DNA of 64,000 nucleotides from an uncultured Gemmatimonadales bacterium (GCA_963850905.1 CAWKMU010000003.1:2816001-2880000); one strand, 5' to 3'; positions 30,139 through 39,471 are shown, numbered from the stretch's first letter. Translations and numbers: made by a program. Notes: generated by a model from the sequence alone, not told the origin.

Positions 30139-32112
30139 GTGCAGCTGGACGAGCGATATCGCTTCGACAACTTCGTCGTTGGCTCTGCCAACCGGCTGGC
30201 GGCAGCTGCCGCTCGAGCTGTGGCCGAAGCCCCGGGCACGACCTACAACCCGCTCGTGATCTACGGGGCGACGGGCCTCGGGAAGACGCACCTGCTAGGC
30301 GCCATCGGCAGCCACGCCGCCAGCCTCCAGCCCGGCTTGCATGTGGACGCACTCGCGCTGGACGAGTTTGTGCGTCAGCTCCACGCGGCCGTATCGGTGG
30401 GCGAGGTCGATGCTTTTCGACAGCGGTATGCGCACGCCGACATGCTCCTGATCGACGATATCCAGTTCCTCACGGGCCGGCGGGAGACACAGACGGAGTT
30501 GCTGCGGTTGTGCCAGTCGCTGCAAGACAGCGGACGCCAGATCGTATTGACCAGCGACCGCCCGCCCACCGAGATCACGGATGTGGACGATCGCCTCGTC
30601 GCACGGCTGGCGGGTGGTCTGGTCGTCGACATCGGAGTCCCGGACTATGAGACGCGGGCTGCAATGCTCGCGACCTGGTGCCAGGAGCGGAGCGTGCAAT
30701 GCGGGCCCGGTGTCATCGAGGAGTTGGCGCGCCTCGATCTGCGCAACATTCGTGAGCTGCAGGGCGCGCTGACTCGCGTTGTCGCATACCAGACTCTCGG
30801 GCCCAATGGACGAACGATCGAGGTCAGTGACGTGCGTCGGTTGTTCGCGGCCCAGTCCGAGCGGCGTCGCACGGACACACGAGGGACCGGTGAGCCGCGC
30901 ACGCCATCCGCCAATGGTGCCGCGCCGGAAGCGGGTGAATACCTGAATTTCCTGTCCGACATGGCCAGCGCGGTCGCCCAGCATGTCGAGCCGTGGCGCA
31001 TGCAGCTCGCCGAGGCAGCGGCGTACTGGGCGGGCGAGGGGTATCGACCGGCAATCCTCGAGCGCGCGCTGCACGCGAGTGTGGACCCTGGAAGCGAAAG
31101 CGTGCTCAATGCCTACGTCGCGACGATTGAGCGCCTGCGCGCGCTCGAGACGGAGGTCCTGCAGATCGACCCGTCCGTGGCGGGCACTGACGTCTTCCGG
31201 GATCCGGAGCGTGTCGCCGAAGCCGAGGGATTGTTGACCCGTGTGCGCGCCGGCACCACTCCGCCTTCGGGGCCATCGACCGAGTTCACCCGTCGTGGCT
31301 TTGCGGTGGGCAACTCCAATGAGCTGGCGGTGCGTGCCGCGGATGCGGTCGTGTCGGAACCGGGCCGCCGGTTCAATCCGCTCTTCGTCCACGGACCGAG
31401 TGGCGTCGGCAAAACGCATCTCCTCAATGCGATCGGCAACGGGCTCGTGGCCGCACGACAGGGTCGCAGTGTCGTGGCGTGCGTGGGCGCCCAATTACTC
31501 ATCGATGAGCTGATCGATGCGCTGCGAGAGGGACAGGTAGAACGGTGGCGGCGCCGCTACCGGGCCACGGATGCACTGCTCATCGACGACGTCCATTTCC
31601 TGGCAGGGAAGGAGCGGACGCAAGAGGAGTTCTTTCACGTCTTCAATGACCTGTACGCCGCCGGCAAGCAGATCGTGCTGACGAGCGATCGCCCGCCGCA
31701 AGCGCTGGCGGAGCTCGAGGGACGACTCCAGTCACGGTTCGCGGGAGGTCTCGTGGCGGAAATCCAACCGCCGGACCACGACCTGAGAGAGAAGCTCTTT
31801 ACCCACTACCTCAGGACCACGACCGCCGGCCGTGACACTGCACTGGCCGAGTACCTCGCCGCGCAACCCGTTGCGAATGCGCGTGAGATCCTCGGAGTGG
31901 TCAATCGCCTGGCCGCCGCCGCGGAGATGGCGGCCGTGTCGCTCACCCTCGATTTCGCTCGGACCCAGCTGGAAGCCGGAGGAACCGCGGACCCGACGCC
32001 CCCTCAGGCACTCGTGACGTCCCCGGGCCTGGATCCGTACTTCCTGGACGCCGAGCGTGTCATCTGGGAATGGCCCGAGCCGGCGGGGCGTGTCATTGAG
32101 GAGTGGCGCTGA
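30139..32112 (+). CDS. Tandem DnaA-like AAA+ protein (two domain-III copies, no domain I/II or IV), 657 aa
   Basis: Copy 1: YRFDNFVVGSANRLA, YNPLVIYGATGLGKTHLL, LLIDDIQFL, TSDRPP, RLVARL, NIRELQGAL. Copy 2: FAVGNSNELA, FNPLFVHGPSGVGKTHLLNAIGN, LLIDDVHFLAGKERTQEEFFHVFN, TSDRPP, RLQSRF, NAREILG. SD GGAGGG before the GTG. Confidence 0.92.
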   Translation: MQLDERYRFDNFVVGSANRLAAAAARAVAEAPGTTYNPLVIYGATGLGKTHLLGAIGSHAASLQPGLHVDALALDEFVRQLHAAVSVGEVDAFRQRYAHADMLLIDDIQFLTGRRETQTELLRLCQSLQDSGRQIVLTSDRPPTEITDVDDRLVARLAGGLVVDIGVPDYETRAAMLATWCQERSVQCGPGVIEELARLDLRNIRELQGALTRVVAYQTLGPNGRTIEVSDVRRLFAAQSERRRTDTRGTGEPRTPSANGAAPEAGEYLNFLSDMASAVAQHVEPWRMQLAEAAAYWAGEGYRPAILERALHASVDPGSESVLNAYVATIERLRALETEVLQIDPSVAGTDVFRDPERVAEAEGLLTRVRAGTTPPSGPSTEFTRRGFAVGNSNELAVRAADAVVSEPGRRFNPLFVHGPSGVGKTHLLNAIGNGLVAARQGRSVVACVGAQLLIDELIDALREGQVERWRRRYRATDALLIDDVHFLAGKERTQEEFFHVFNDLYAAGKQIVLTSDRPPQALAELEGRLQSRFAGGLVAEIQPPDHDLREKLFTHYLRTTTAGRDTALAEYLAAQPVANAREILGVVNRLAAAAEMAAVSLTLDFARTQLEAGGTADPTPPQALVTSPGLDPYFLDAERVIWEWPEPAGRVIEEWR

Positions 32113-33743
32113 TGGCGATCCGCGGTAGCCTCCGCGAGGCGAGCTTGCCCGATGTGCTCCAGTTGCTTGCCATGGGCAAGAAGACGGGCTGCTTGAGCGT
32201 CACCCATCGCGACAACTTCGGCTACGTCTACTTCGACCGTGGTCGCATCGCCTTTGCATCGATCGTGAACCGCAGAGACCGACTTGGCGACCTCCTCGTC
32301 CAGGCCGGGTTGTTGACCCACGAGCAGCTCGATGTGGCGATTGAAACGCAGCACGAACAGCCTGACCGGCGTCTGGGAGAGATCCTCATCGGCCTCGGGT
32401 ACGTCACGCGTGAGGCGCTCCACGACCAGGTGCGCACGCAGATCGAGGAGGCGGTGTACTTCCTGTTCACGTGGTCGCACGGCACGTTCAGCTTCGAGCC
32501 CGACGTCCGCCCTGACGAACACGGCTTTGTCGTGTCGATCAATCCTGAGTCGCTACTCCTCGAGGGCGCGCGGCGTGTCGACGAATGGGGGTTGATCGAG
32601 AAGAAGATCCCGAGCTTCGACCTGGTGTTTCATGCCGATCGCGTGCGCCTGCACGAGAGCGAAGCCACGCTGACGCCAGCGCAGCGCACCGTCGTGAACC
32701 TGCTCGATGGCGAGCGCGACGTGCGCGCCATCATCGAGGACTCCGGGCTCAGCGAGTTCGAGATCGCCAAAGCGCTGTACGGGTTGGTGTCGGCCAGCTT
32801 CGTGCGGCGAGTCGGGCGGACCCGCGCGGCAGAGCCAGCGGTATCGGATGCGCGGGTGGACGAGCATCGCAATCTCGGCATTGCGTTCTACAAGACCGGC
32901 ATGCTCGATGAGGCGATGCGGGAGTTTCGTCGCGTCGCGGAGCTTCGGCCGGCCGATGCCGCGGCAGCGTTCTACATCGGTCTCGTCCACATGCGGCAGG
33001 GCAACTGGCCCGCGGCGGTCGACGCCTGCCGGGAGGCGAGCGCGCCACCGTCACCAGGAGCGGCTGCGCTACACAACCTGGCGTACGCGTTGGAACGCCT
33101 CGGGCAATACGACGCGGCGGAAACGGCGCTCGAGCAGGCGGTGGCGCGGGGAGGCGGTGACGACCCGCGCGTTCGTACATCGCTGGCGGTGCTGGCACTT
33201 CGGCGCGGCGACCTGGCCGATGCCGAGGCGTTGCTGGCGGGCGCACGGGCTGCGTGGGGCACGCGTCGGCCGCCTGCCGCCTGGTACCATTACGCCGGAT
33301 TGACCAGCGCCCTGGCCGGCCAACTCGATCAGGCCGTGGCGCTCCTGGAAGAGGGCCTCGGACACTATCCGCACGCAGGGGTGCTGTACAGCAACCTGGC
33401 CGCCGTCCAGGAGCGTCGCGAGGCGTTGGCCGAGGCGGCCGTCGCGGTGGAGCGCGGATTGCAAGAAGACGCGGCGATCGCGCAGCTCCACAAGATCGCG
33501 GGTGATCAGGCCTATCGAGCGACGCACTACGACGAAGCGCTCGACGCATATCAGCGCGCGGCGCGCATCAATCCCTCGCTCGGCAGTGACCTCTATCTGA
33601 GGATGGGGAACATTCGGTATCGGCGCGGGGAGATCGACGCAGCACTCGAGGCGTGGGGACGGGCGCTGGAGATCGATCCCGGCAACGCCATTGCGCGCAA
33701 TAACATCGAGGCGGTGCACCGGACGGCTGGTGCGCCCGCGTGA
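32112..33743 (+). CDS. DUF4388 protein with tandem MshEN motif and C-terminal TPRs
   Basis: MAIRGSLREASLPDVLQLL...KTGCL; RLGDLLVQAGLL...Q...RLGEILIGLGYV...Q; LLLEGARRVDEW; multiple TPRs; TGATG overlap with the DnaA-like gene. Confidence 0.88.
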   Translation: MAIRGSLREASLPDVLQLLAMGKKTGCLSVTHRDNFGYVYFDRGRIAFASIVNRRDRLGDLLVQAGLLTHEQLDVAIETQHEQPDRRLGEILIGLGYVTREALHDQVRTQIEEAVYFLFTWSHGTFSFEPDVRPDEHGFVVSINPESLLLEGARRVDEWGLIEKKIPSFDLVFHADRVRLHESEATLTPAQRTVVNLLDGERDVRAIIEDSGLSEFEIAKALYGLVSASFVRRVGRTRAAEPAVSDARVDEHRNLGIAFYKTGMLDEAMREFRRVAELRPADAAAAFYIGLVHMRQGNWPAAVDACREASAPPSPGAAALHNLAYALERLGQYDAAETALEQAVARGGGDDPRVRTSLAVLALRRGDLADAEALLAGARAAWGTRRPPAAWYHYAGLTSALAGQLDQAVALLEEGLGHYPHAGVLYSNLAAVQERREALAEAAVAVERGLQEDAAIAQLHKIAGDQAYRATHYDEALDAYQRAARINPSLGSDLYLRMGNIRYRRGEIDAALEAWGRALEIDPGNAIARNNIEAVHRTAGAPA

Positions 33744-33753
33744 GGACCGCGCG

Positions 33754-34575
33754 GTGATCGGTCAGGACGCCGAGAGCGACGAGTCGTTCGACGCGCTGCT
33801 CGCGAAGATTGCGCGCGATCGTGAGTTCGAGTGTGGCAGCTACAAGGTGCGCTGTCTGCGTCGTCGCATCGCGGTCCGACTCCGTGCGCGCAACGTGGCC
33901 ACGTACGAAGAGTACGCCGCGCTGCTCGATGCGGACCAGCGTGAATACGAGAAACTGCTTGACGCACTGACTATCAACGTCACGAAGCTCTTTCGTAACT
34001 GGGAGACCTACGCCGCGCTCGAGCGCCACGTCGTACCCGCTCTCTGGTCGGCGTCGGACGAGGCCCTGCGCGTGTGGAGCGCCGGGTGTGCGTCCGGAGA
34101 AGAGGCGTACTCGCTGGCCATTCTGTTCCACCGGCATGCGGCAGCCGCAGGCCAGGAACGCCACCTGGATCGCCTGGGCGTGACCGGGACCGACATCGAT
34201 CGGGACAGTCTGCAGGCAGCAGCGCGGGCCGCGTACGTCGAGTCGGCCTTTGCCGACACCCCTGCCGAGATCCGGCGCGCCTATTTCAGCGGTGGCTCGC
34301 CGGCGGTGGTCGATCCGCGCATTCGGGCGCTCGTCCACTTCTCGTCCCACGACCTGATCCGGCACCCGATGCCCAGCGACCAGCATCTCATCGCATGCCG
34401 CAACGTCGTCATCTACTTCGATCGCCCCGCGCAAGAACGGCTTTTCCAGCGCTTTCACGCCGCGCTCGCCCCCGGGGGATTTCTCGTCCTCGGTAAGGTC
34501 GAGACGCTGCTCGGCCCGACGCGGAGCCTCTTCACGGCGATCGACGCGCGCGAGCGGATCTTTCGGCGTGCCTGA
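33754..34575 (+). CDS. cheR: Protein-glutamate O-methyltransferase CheR
   Basis: LTINVTKLFRN, RVWSAGCASGEEAYSLA, GTDID, CRNVVIYFD, GFLVLGKVE. Confidence 0.95.
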   Translation: MIGQDAESDESFDALLAKIARDREFECGSYKVRCLRRRIAVRLRARNVATYEEYAALLDADQREYEKLLDALTINVTKLFRNWETYAALERHVVPALWSASDEALRVWSAGCASGEEAYSLAILFHRHAAAAGQERHLDRLGVTGTDIDRDSLQAAARAAYVESAFADTPAEIRRAYFSGGSPAVVDPRIRALVHFSSHDLIRHPMPSDQHLIACRNVVIYFDRPAQERLFQRFHAALAPGGFLVLGKVETLLGPTRSLFTAIDARERIFRRA

Positions 34576-35107
34576 CTCGCGTGCGGCCGCTCGCTTGGGT
34601 CAGCGCCTCGTTGCGGGCCCTGGCGCCGTGGAGGCCATCCGGGTGCGGGTGGCCGATTACGCGGTCGCATCGGGTGACGCGATCATCGCGACGCTCGGAC
34701 TCGGCTCGTGCGTGGCGATTGCCATCCACGATGCGCGCGCACGCGTCGGCGGGCTCGCCCACGTGTTGTTGCCCAACGAGAGCATGTCCCGGGATCGCAG
34801 CAACGGCGCGAAGTTTCCCGCGACCGCCGTCCCGCTTCTGCTGAAGGAAATGCGCGCGCTCGGTGCACGCGGCCCTTTCACCGGCCGACTGGTTGGCGGG
34901 GCCAGCATGTTCGCCGCGCTGCTCCCGATCGGCGGCGTGAACATGGGGCAGCGCAATGTCGACGCGGCGCGCCGGGCGTTGGTGGATGCGGGAGTCGCAA
35001 TTGTGGCCGAGGATACTGGCGGAGGATACGGCCGCAGCGTCTACCTCCACGTCGGCGACGGGAAGATGGTCGTCAAGTCGCTGGTCAATGGCGACCGTGA
35101 GCTCTAG
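34568..35107 (+). CDS. cheD: Chemoreceptor glutamine deamidase CheD (start may be further downstream)
   Basis: TLGLGSCVAI, GGLAHVLLP, GGASMF, GQRN, EDTGGGYGRSV. Confidence 0.95.
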   Translation: MPDSRAAARLGQRLVAGPGAVEAIRVRVADYAVASGDAIIATLGLGSCVAIAIHDARARVGGLAHVLLPNESMSRDRSNGAKFPATAVPLLLKEMRALGARGPFTGRLVGGASMFAALLPIGGVNMGQRNVDAARRALVDAGVAIVAEDTGGGYGRSVYLHVGDGKMVVKSLVNGDREL

Positions 35108-36240
35108 CGCCGGAGTCAACCACGCGACGGAGGCGACGAGCGGTGAGCGCGTGCGCCCCCGCACCGTGTTGGTCGTGGATGACAGTGCGTTCATGCGGCG
35201 CGTGATCAGCGACATGATCGGCTCTGCTGCCCCCGAGTTCCGCGTCGTCGGCACGGCGCGCGATGGCGCGGACGCGCTGAGGCAGATTCACGGGCTCGAG
35301 CCCGACATTGTGACCCTCGACATCGAGATGCCGGTGCTGGACGGCCTCCGGGCCCTGGCGCAGATCATGGCCGACGCTCCACGGCCGGTGGTGATGCTGA
35401 GTGCAGCAGCGGGGGGCAACAACGCCGAGCTGACACTCAAAGCGCTCGAGCTCGGAGCGGTTGACTTCGTACGCAAGCCGTCAGGCCCGGCGCGACTGGA
35501 CCTCTCGACCGTCCGCGAGCGGTTGTTGAGCGCCCTTCGTGCGGCGGCGATCGTGAATCTCGGCGGGGTCAAGCCGCTCACGGACGGCGCGGATGTCGTC
35601 GCCTCCGGGGCTGCGCGCTCCAGCAGCGCCGATTGGGTGGTCGTCGTCGCAGCGTCCACGGGCGGCCCACGCGCCCTAGCGGAGATGATCCCCGCAATGC
35701 CACCCGCCATTGGGGCGGCGGTGCTCGTCGTGCAACACATGCCCGGTGGGTTCACACAAAGCCTGGCGCACCGGCTGGACCGCGCGAGTCGCCTCCGGGT
35801 TGGCGAAGCCACGGCCGATGAGCTCATCGTCAACGACCGGGTCTATCTCGCCCCGGGGGGATTTCACATGCGCATCGGGCGGCGCGACGGGCAGCCCGTT
35901 GTGGCGCTCGACACGAGCCCCCCGATGTGGGGCGTCCGGCCCGCGGCCGATCTGCTGTTCAGCAGTGCGGCGGAGGCATTCGGCCCGCGCGTCATCGGTG
36001 TCGTGCTGACCGGCATGGGTCGCGACGGTGCGCAAGGGCTCCGTGCGATCCGAGACGCGGGTGGGCAGGGCGTCGTCCAAGATCAGAATGACATCGATCG
36101 TGTTCGGCATGCCGCAGGCTGCGCTCTCGGTCGCTGGAGCCGACCGCGTCGTCCCACTCTCGGACGCAGCGAGCGCAATCCTCGACCTCATGCGAACGGC
36201 ACGCGGGTTGGTCGCCGGTGACCGAGGCATGGGATCATGA
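35088..36240 (+). CDS. cheB: Receiver + methylesterase CheB; +1 frameshift at ~36087
   Basis: VVDDSAFMR, LDIEMP, catalytic ASTGGP, QHMP, LTGMGRDG; C-terminal TSIVFGMP lies in the +1 frame. Confidence 0.93.
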
Positions 36241-36771
36241 CCGCGGGCCATCGGGGTGCTCGCCCCTCGGCGGAGACGAGGGCCGTCGGTGCCGGCGCAT
36301 CGCGGGCCCCGCTGCCGGAAGCGAGTTGTTGATCTTCCGGGCAGGTGACGAGCGGTTTGCCATGGCGGTCAGCCCTCTCGAGGCAGTCATCCGAGATGCC
36401 CAGGTTGCAGCCGCTGCCCGGCATGCCCGCCGGCATGATCGGCGTCGCGGAGCTCCGCGGCAGTTTGATACCGGTCTATTCGCCCGCTCGCGTGCTGAAT
36501 GTCAGCGTGGACCAGCCGGCCGCCGCGATTATCGTCCGGCTGGGGCGGGGTGGAACGTCGGGTGCGGGGCGTCGAGCCGCCATCGCGGTGACCGCAGCGG
36601 AGGGTGTCACCGTTTACGAGCCAGATGCTTGGAGTGGCGTGGGCGGGCCGACTCCGACAGCAGGCCTCGTGCGCGGGGTGACGACGGTCGAGGGACAGCT
36701 GACAACCCTCGTGGACGCGATGGCATTTCGTTGCCGCCTGCATGGACGGGTCATTTCGGGAGGACGCATGA
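36218..36771 (+). CDS. cheW: CheW-like adaptor 2 (degenerate); +1 frameshifts at ~36391 and ~36727; start uncertain
   Basis: LLIFRAGDERFA...EAVI / EMPRLQPLPGMPAGMIGVAELRGSLIPV; the corrected end AFVAACMDGSFREDA* overlaps the next ATG. Confidence 0.7.
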
Positions 36772-37319
36772 CGACGAGTGCCGCTCGTGGCGCGAGACCG
36801 CTGGCGACCGAGCACATGCCGTCGGGTCACGACGCGATGCAGATCGTCACCTTCCGCATCGGGGCCGACCTCTTCGCAGCCGACGTCAGAGCCGTCGAGC
36901 GCGTGCTCCGATACCAACCTGCGACCCCCCTCCCTGAGGTGCCGCCGTGGGTCGCCGGCGTGCTCGAATACCAGCAGCGCGTCGTGCCAGTGATCGATCT
37001 GCGGGTGCGATTCGAGGTGGCTGGGGCGAGTCCCTCGCCCGACACCCGGATCATCGTCTTCAATACGAATGGTGCGTGGACAGCCGGAGTGGTGGATGCG
37101 GTGTTGGACGTGAGCGCGATCGAACGGAACCGTCTTGAAGCGCCACCGCCGCTGCTGAATGGGCTCTCCGCCGAGTACCTGCACGGCATTGTCCGCCGCG
37201 AGGGGCAGCTCGTGTTGTTGCTCAACGCCAATCGCGTGTTGTCATCGACCGACGAGCGACTCCTCGCGACGCGCATCGCCGAAATGACGCCGAGTAAGCG
37301 GGGAACGCGGCGTGTCTGA
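36768..37319 (+). CDS. cheW: CheW-like adaptor 3
   Basis: QIVTFRIG, TPLPEVPPWVAGVLEYQQRVVPVIDLR, GVVDAV, YLHGIV; own SD GGAGG. Confidence 0.85.
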   Translation: MTTSAARGARPLATEHMPSGHDAMQIVTFRIGADLFAADVRAVERVLRYQPATPLPEVPPWVAGVLEYQQRVVPVIDLRVRFEVAGASPSPDTRIIVFNTNGAWTAGVVDAVLDVSAIERNRLEAPPPLLNGLSAEYLHGIVRREGQLVLLLNANRVLSSTDERLLATRIAEMTPSKRGTRRV

Positions 37320-38204
37320 CAACGCCGTAGCACCTCCCGCTCGCCAGAGCGAGCTCCGAAGACGGTATGCGGCGATTGAAGCGCGGCTCGACACTGGGGA
37401 TGCAAAGGACGGCGACCTCCGGGCCCAGCTGAAGGCTGAGATCGTCGCCCTCTACCGCACGGTCGATCAGCAGCTCACCGAGCTCGGGGCCCTCAAGGAC
37501 GAAATCCGCCGGCTCGTCGACAAGTGGAAGGCCGCGGCAGCCGGAAGTGGCCACCAACGCGCCGCAATTCAACGGCGAGCGACCGGTCGCGGTGCACGTC
37601 GATCACATCGGCGCCTCGACATTCATCGAGAAGGGTTGGAGCCGGATTTCCCTCGGCGATTACGAGGGGGCCGAAGCCGCGTTGAAGAAGGCGCTCGAGC
37701 TCTCGCCCAACGACCCGCAGTCCGAGTCGTTGCTGGGGTGGGCGCAGATGCTGCAAGACAAGTACGACGATGCGCTCCTGAACTTCCAGCGGGTGCTTGA
37801 TGCGCCAGCCTGCGAATGCACTCGCGCGCATCAATGTCGGCTATATCTGCCTCAAGAAGCGCATTTTCGGCGAGGCGATCGAGCATCTGTCCAAGGCGAT
37901 CCGTCTCGACAATGACCGGAAAGCCACGCTTTACGCACACTTCTATCTCGGGCTCGTGTATCTGGAGCGCGAGATGTTCGAGGACGCGCAGACTTTCTTT
38001 CAGAAGACGCTCGCCCTTGGGCCTAATCTGATCGAGGCGCATTACGAGCTCGGCCGGGCGCGCTGGTTCGCGGGCGACCGCGACGGCGCCATGGAGACTT
38101 GGCGCGCCGGCTACGCGGCGAACAAGTTCAATCCATGGGGCAAGCGGTGCGCGGAAGTGCTCGAGGCGGTGGCGGCCGGAGGCGAACCACCCCGCACGTC
38201 CTGA
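37312..38204 (+). CDS. Coiled-coil + TPR protein; two +1 frameshifts (~37543, ~37797)
   Basis: Three consecutive ORF pieces (37312, 37547, 37797 frames) join into an N-terminal helical region plus ~5 TPRs. Confidence 0.75.
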
Positions 38205-39278
38205 GCATCGGCGGAGGTGTCCTGAGGGGGCGGACACCGAGGCCGCGCCGCCTGCGGCGCACATCATGGCTCCTCTGCCTCGCGATGGTCCTCGCCGGGC
38301 CTCGCCTCGCAGATGGCGCTCTTGCGGGACAGACGCCGACTCGTCCAGCAACAATTGATACAGTTCCGGTACGCTTGGACGGGGGTCGCTTTTCCGTAGT
38401 CACTGAGCCCAAGGACATGCGGCTGGCAAAGTCGCTCCTGGGGTCGGCGCTCGCGCACGATACCTTCCCCGGGCTCCCGCGACCGCGCGCCCACGTCGTC
38501 ATCGCGATCGCGCCCGACGCGCACCACTTTCGAGCCTGGTCGGGTCCAGCTGCGCCCGAATGGGGCGCGGCGGTGGCATTTCCCGACGCGCAGCGCGTGG
38601 TCGTGCAAGGCGGCTCGGCGACGTCGGCGGCGGGCGATCCGATTCCGACGCTTCGCCACGAGCTCGCCCACCTCGCGCTCCACGAATACCTGGGCGACTT
38701 GGCCCCTCGGTGGTTCGACGAAGGCTACGCCATGTACGCGGAGGGCGGGCCCGGCCGCGATGACATTCTGGGGACCAACGTCGCACTCGCCCTGCGCGGC
38801 GTGCCGACGCTCGCCTCGCTCGACACCGGACTGGTGGGGGCCGAAGGCCAGGCCGCCGTCAGTTACGCATTGGCCTATCGTGCGGTCGCCGACCTCGCGC
38901 ATCTCGGATCCTGATCGCGGGCTGACGCTCCTGTTTCGTTACTGGCGGGAGTCCGGCTCGCTCGACGTCGCAGTTCGGAGAGCGTACGGCGAGCCGCTGG
39001 ACACGTTCGAGTCAGCCTGGCGCGCCCACACGCGACACCGGTATGGCGCACTCGCCCTGGTCTCAGACCTCTCATTTGCGACCGCAGTGTTTCTCGGGCT
39101 TCTGACACCGCTGTATCTCGCGCGGCGCCGGCGTGACCGGGTGCGGCTCGAGGCGCTCCGCGAAGCCGAGGCGGCGGCCGACCGGGTCCGGCTCGCGGTA
39201 GCGCTCTCGGGGAATGGCCAGCAGCCGGACGGCGGCCCGGATAGCCCCCGAGGCGGCCGGTCGGAGGTGGCCAGCTAG
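38201..39278 (+). CDS. Peptidase MA-like (gluzincin) exported/membrane protein; +1 frameshift at ~38906; start uncertain
   Basis: LRHELAHLAL, PRWFDEGYA, N-terminal hydrophobic signal, C-terminal TM followed by RRRRDR. Confidence 0.75.
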
Positions 39279-39366
39279 CACGTGTCGGCCGGGCCTGTGA
39301 GGTCGTGCGCGCGCGCCACGGAGAGGTGCGCCGACGCAACGTTCGAAAGGCGCCGCACCCCTAATA

Positions 39367-39401
39367 AAATCGGCGTGAAAAAAATGAAATCCGCGTGAAA
39401 A
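39367..39401. repeat. 15-bp direct repeat with 20-bp period, in an AT-rich tract
   Basis: AAATCGGCGTGAAAA (39367-39381) and AAATCCGCGTGAAAA (39387-39401). Confidence 0.7.
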
Positions 39402-39437
39402 TCCAAACGCGCTGCGGGCGTCCTGGGAGATGCTCGC

Positions 39438-39466
39438 TTGACATGTTTTTGTGACAGGCCTACTCT
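39438..39466 (+). promoter_or_regulatory. Sigma70 promoter for the small ORF and tRNA-Val
   Basis: TTGACA-N17-TACTCT. Confidence 0.75.
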
Positions 39467-39471
39467 AATGC

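Noticed and set aside
30139..32112. Calling this gene dnaA and the region oriC
   Set aside because: No domain I or IV, no dnaN/recF/gyrB/rpmH neighbours, and no DnaA-box cluster or AT-rich unwinding element next to it.
36345..37319. Apparent double-CheW fusion protein
   Set aside because: One extra T near 36727 explains the join; CheW3 has its own GGAGG SD and an ATGA overlap with the restored stop.
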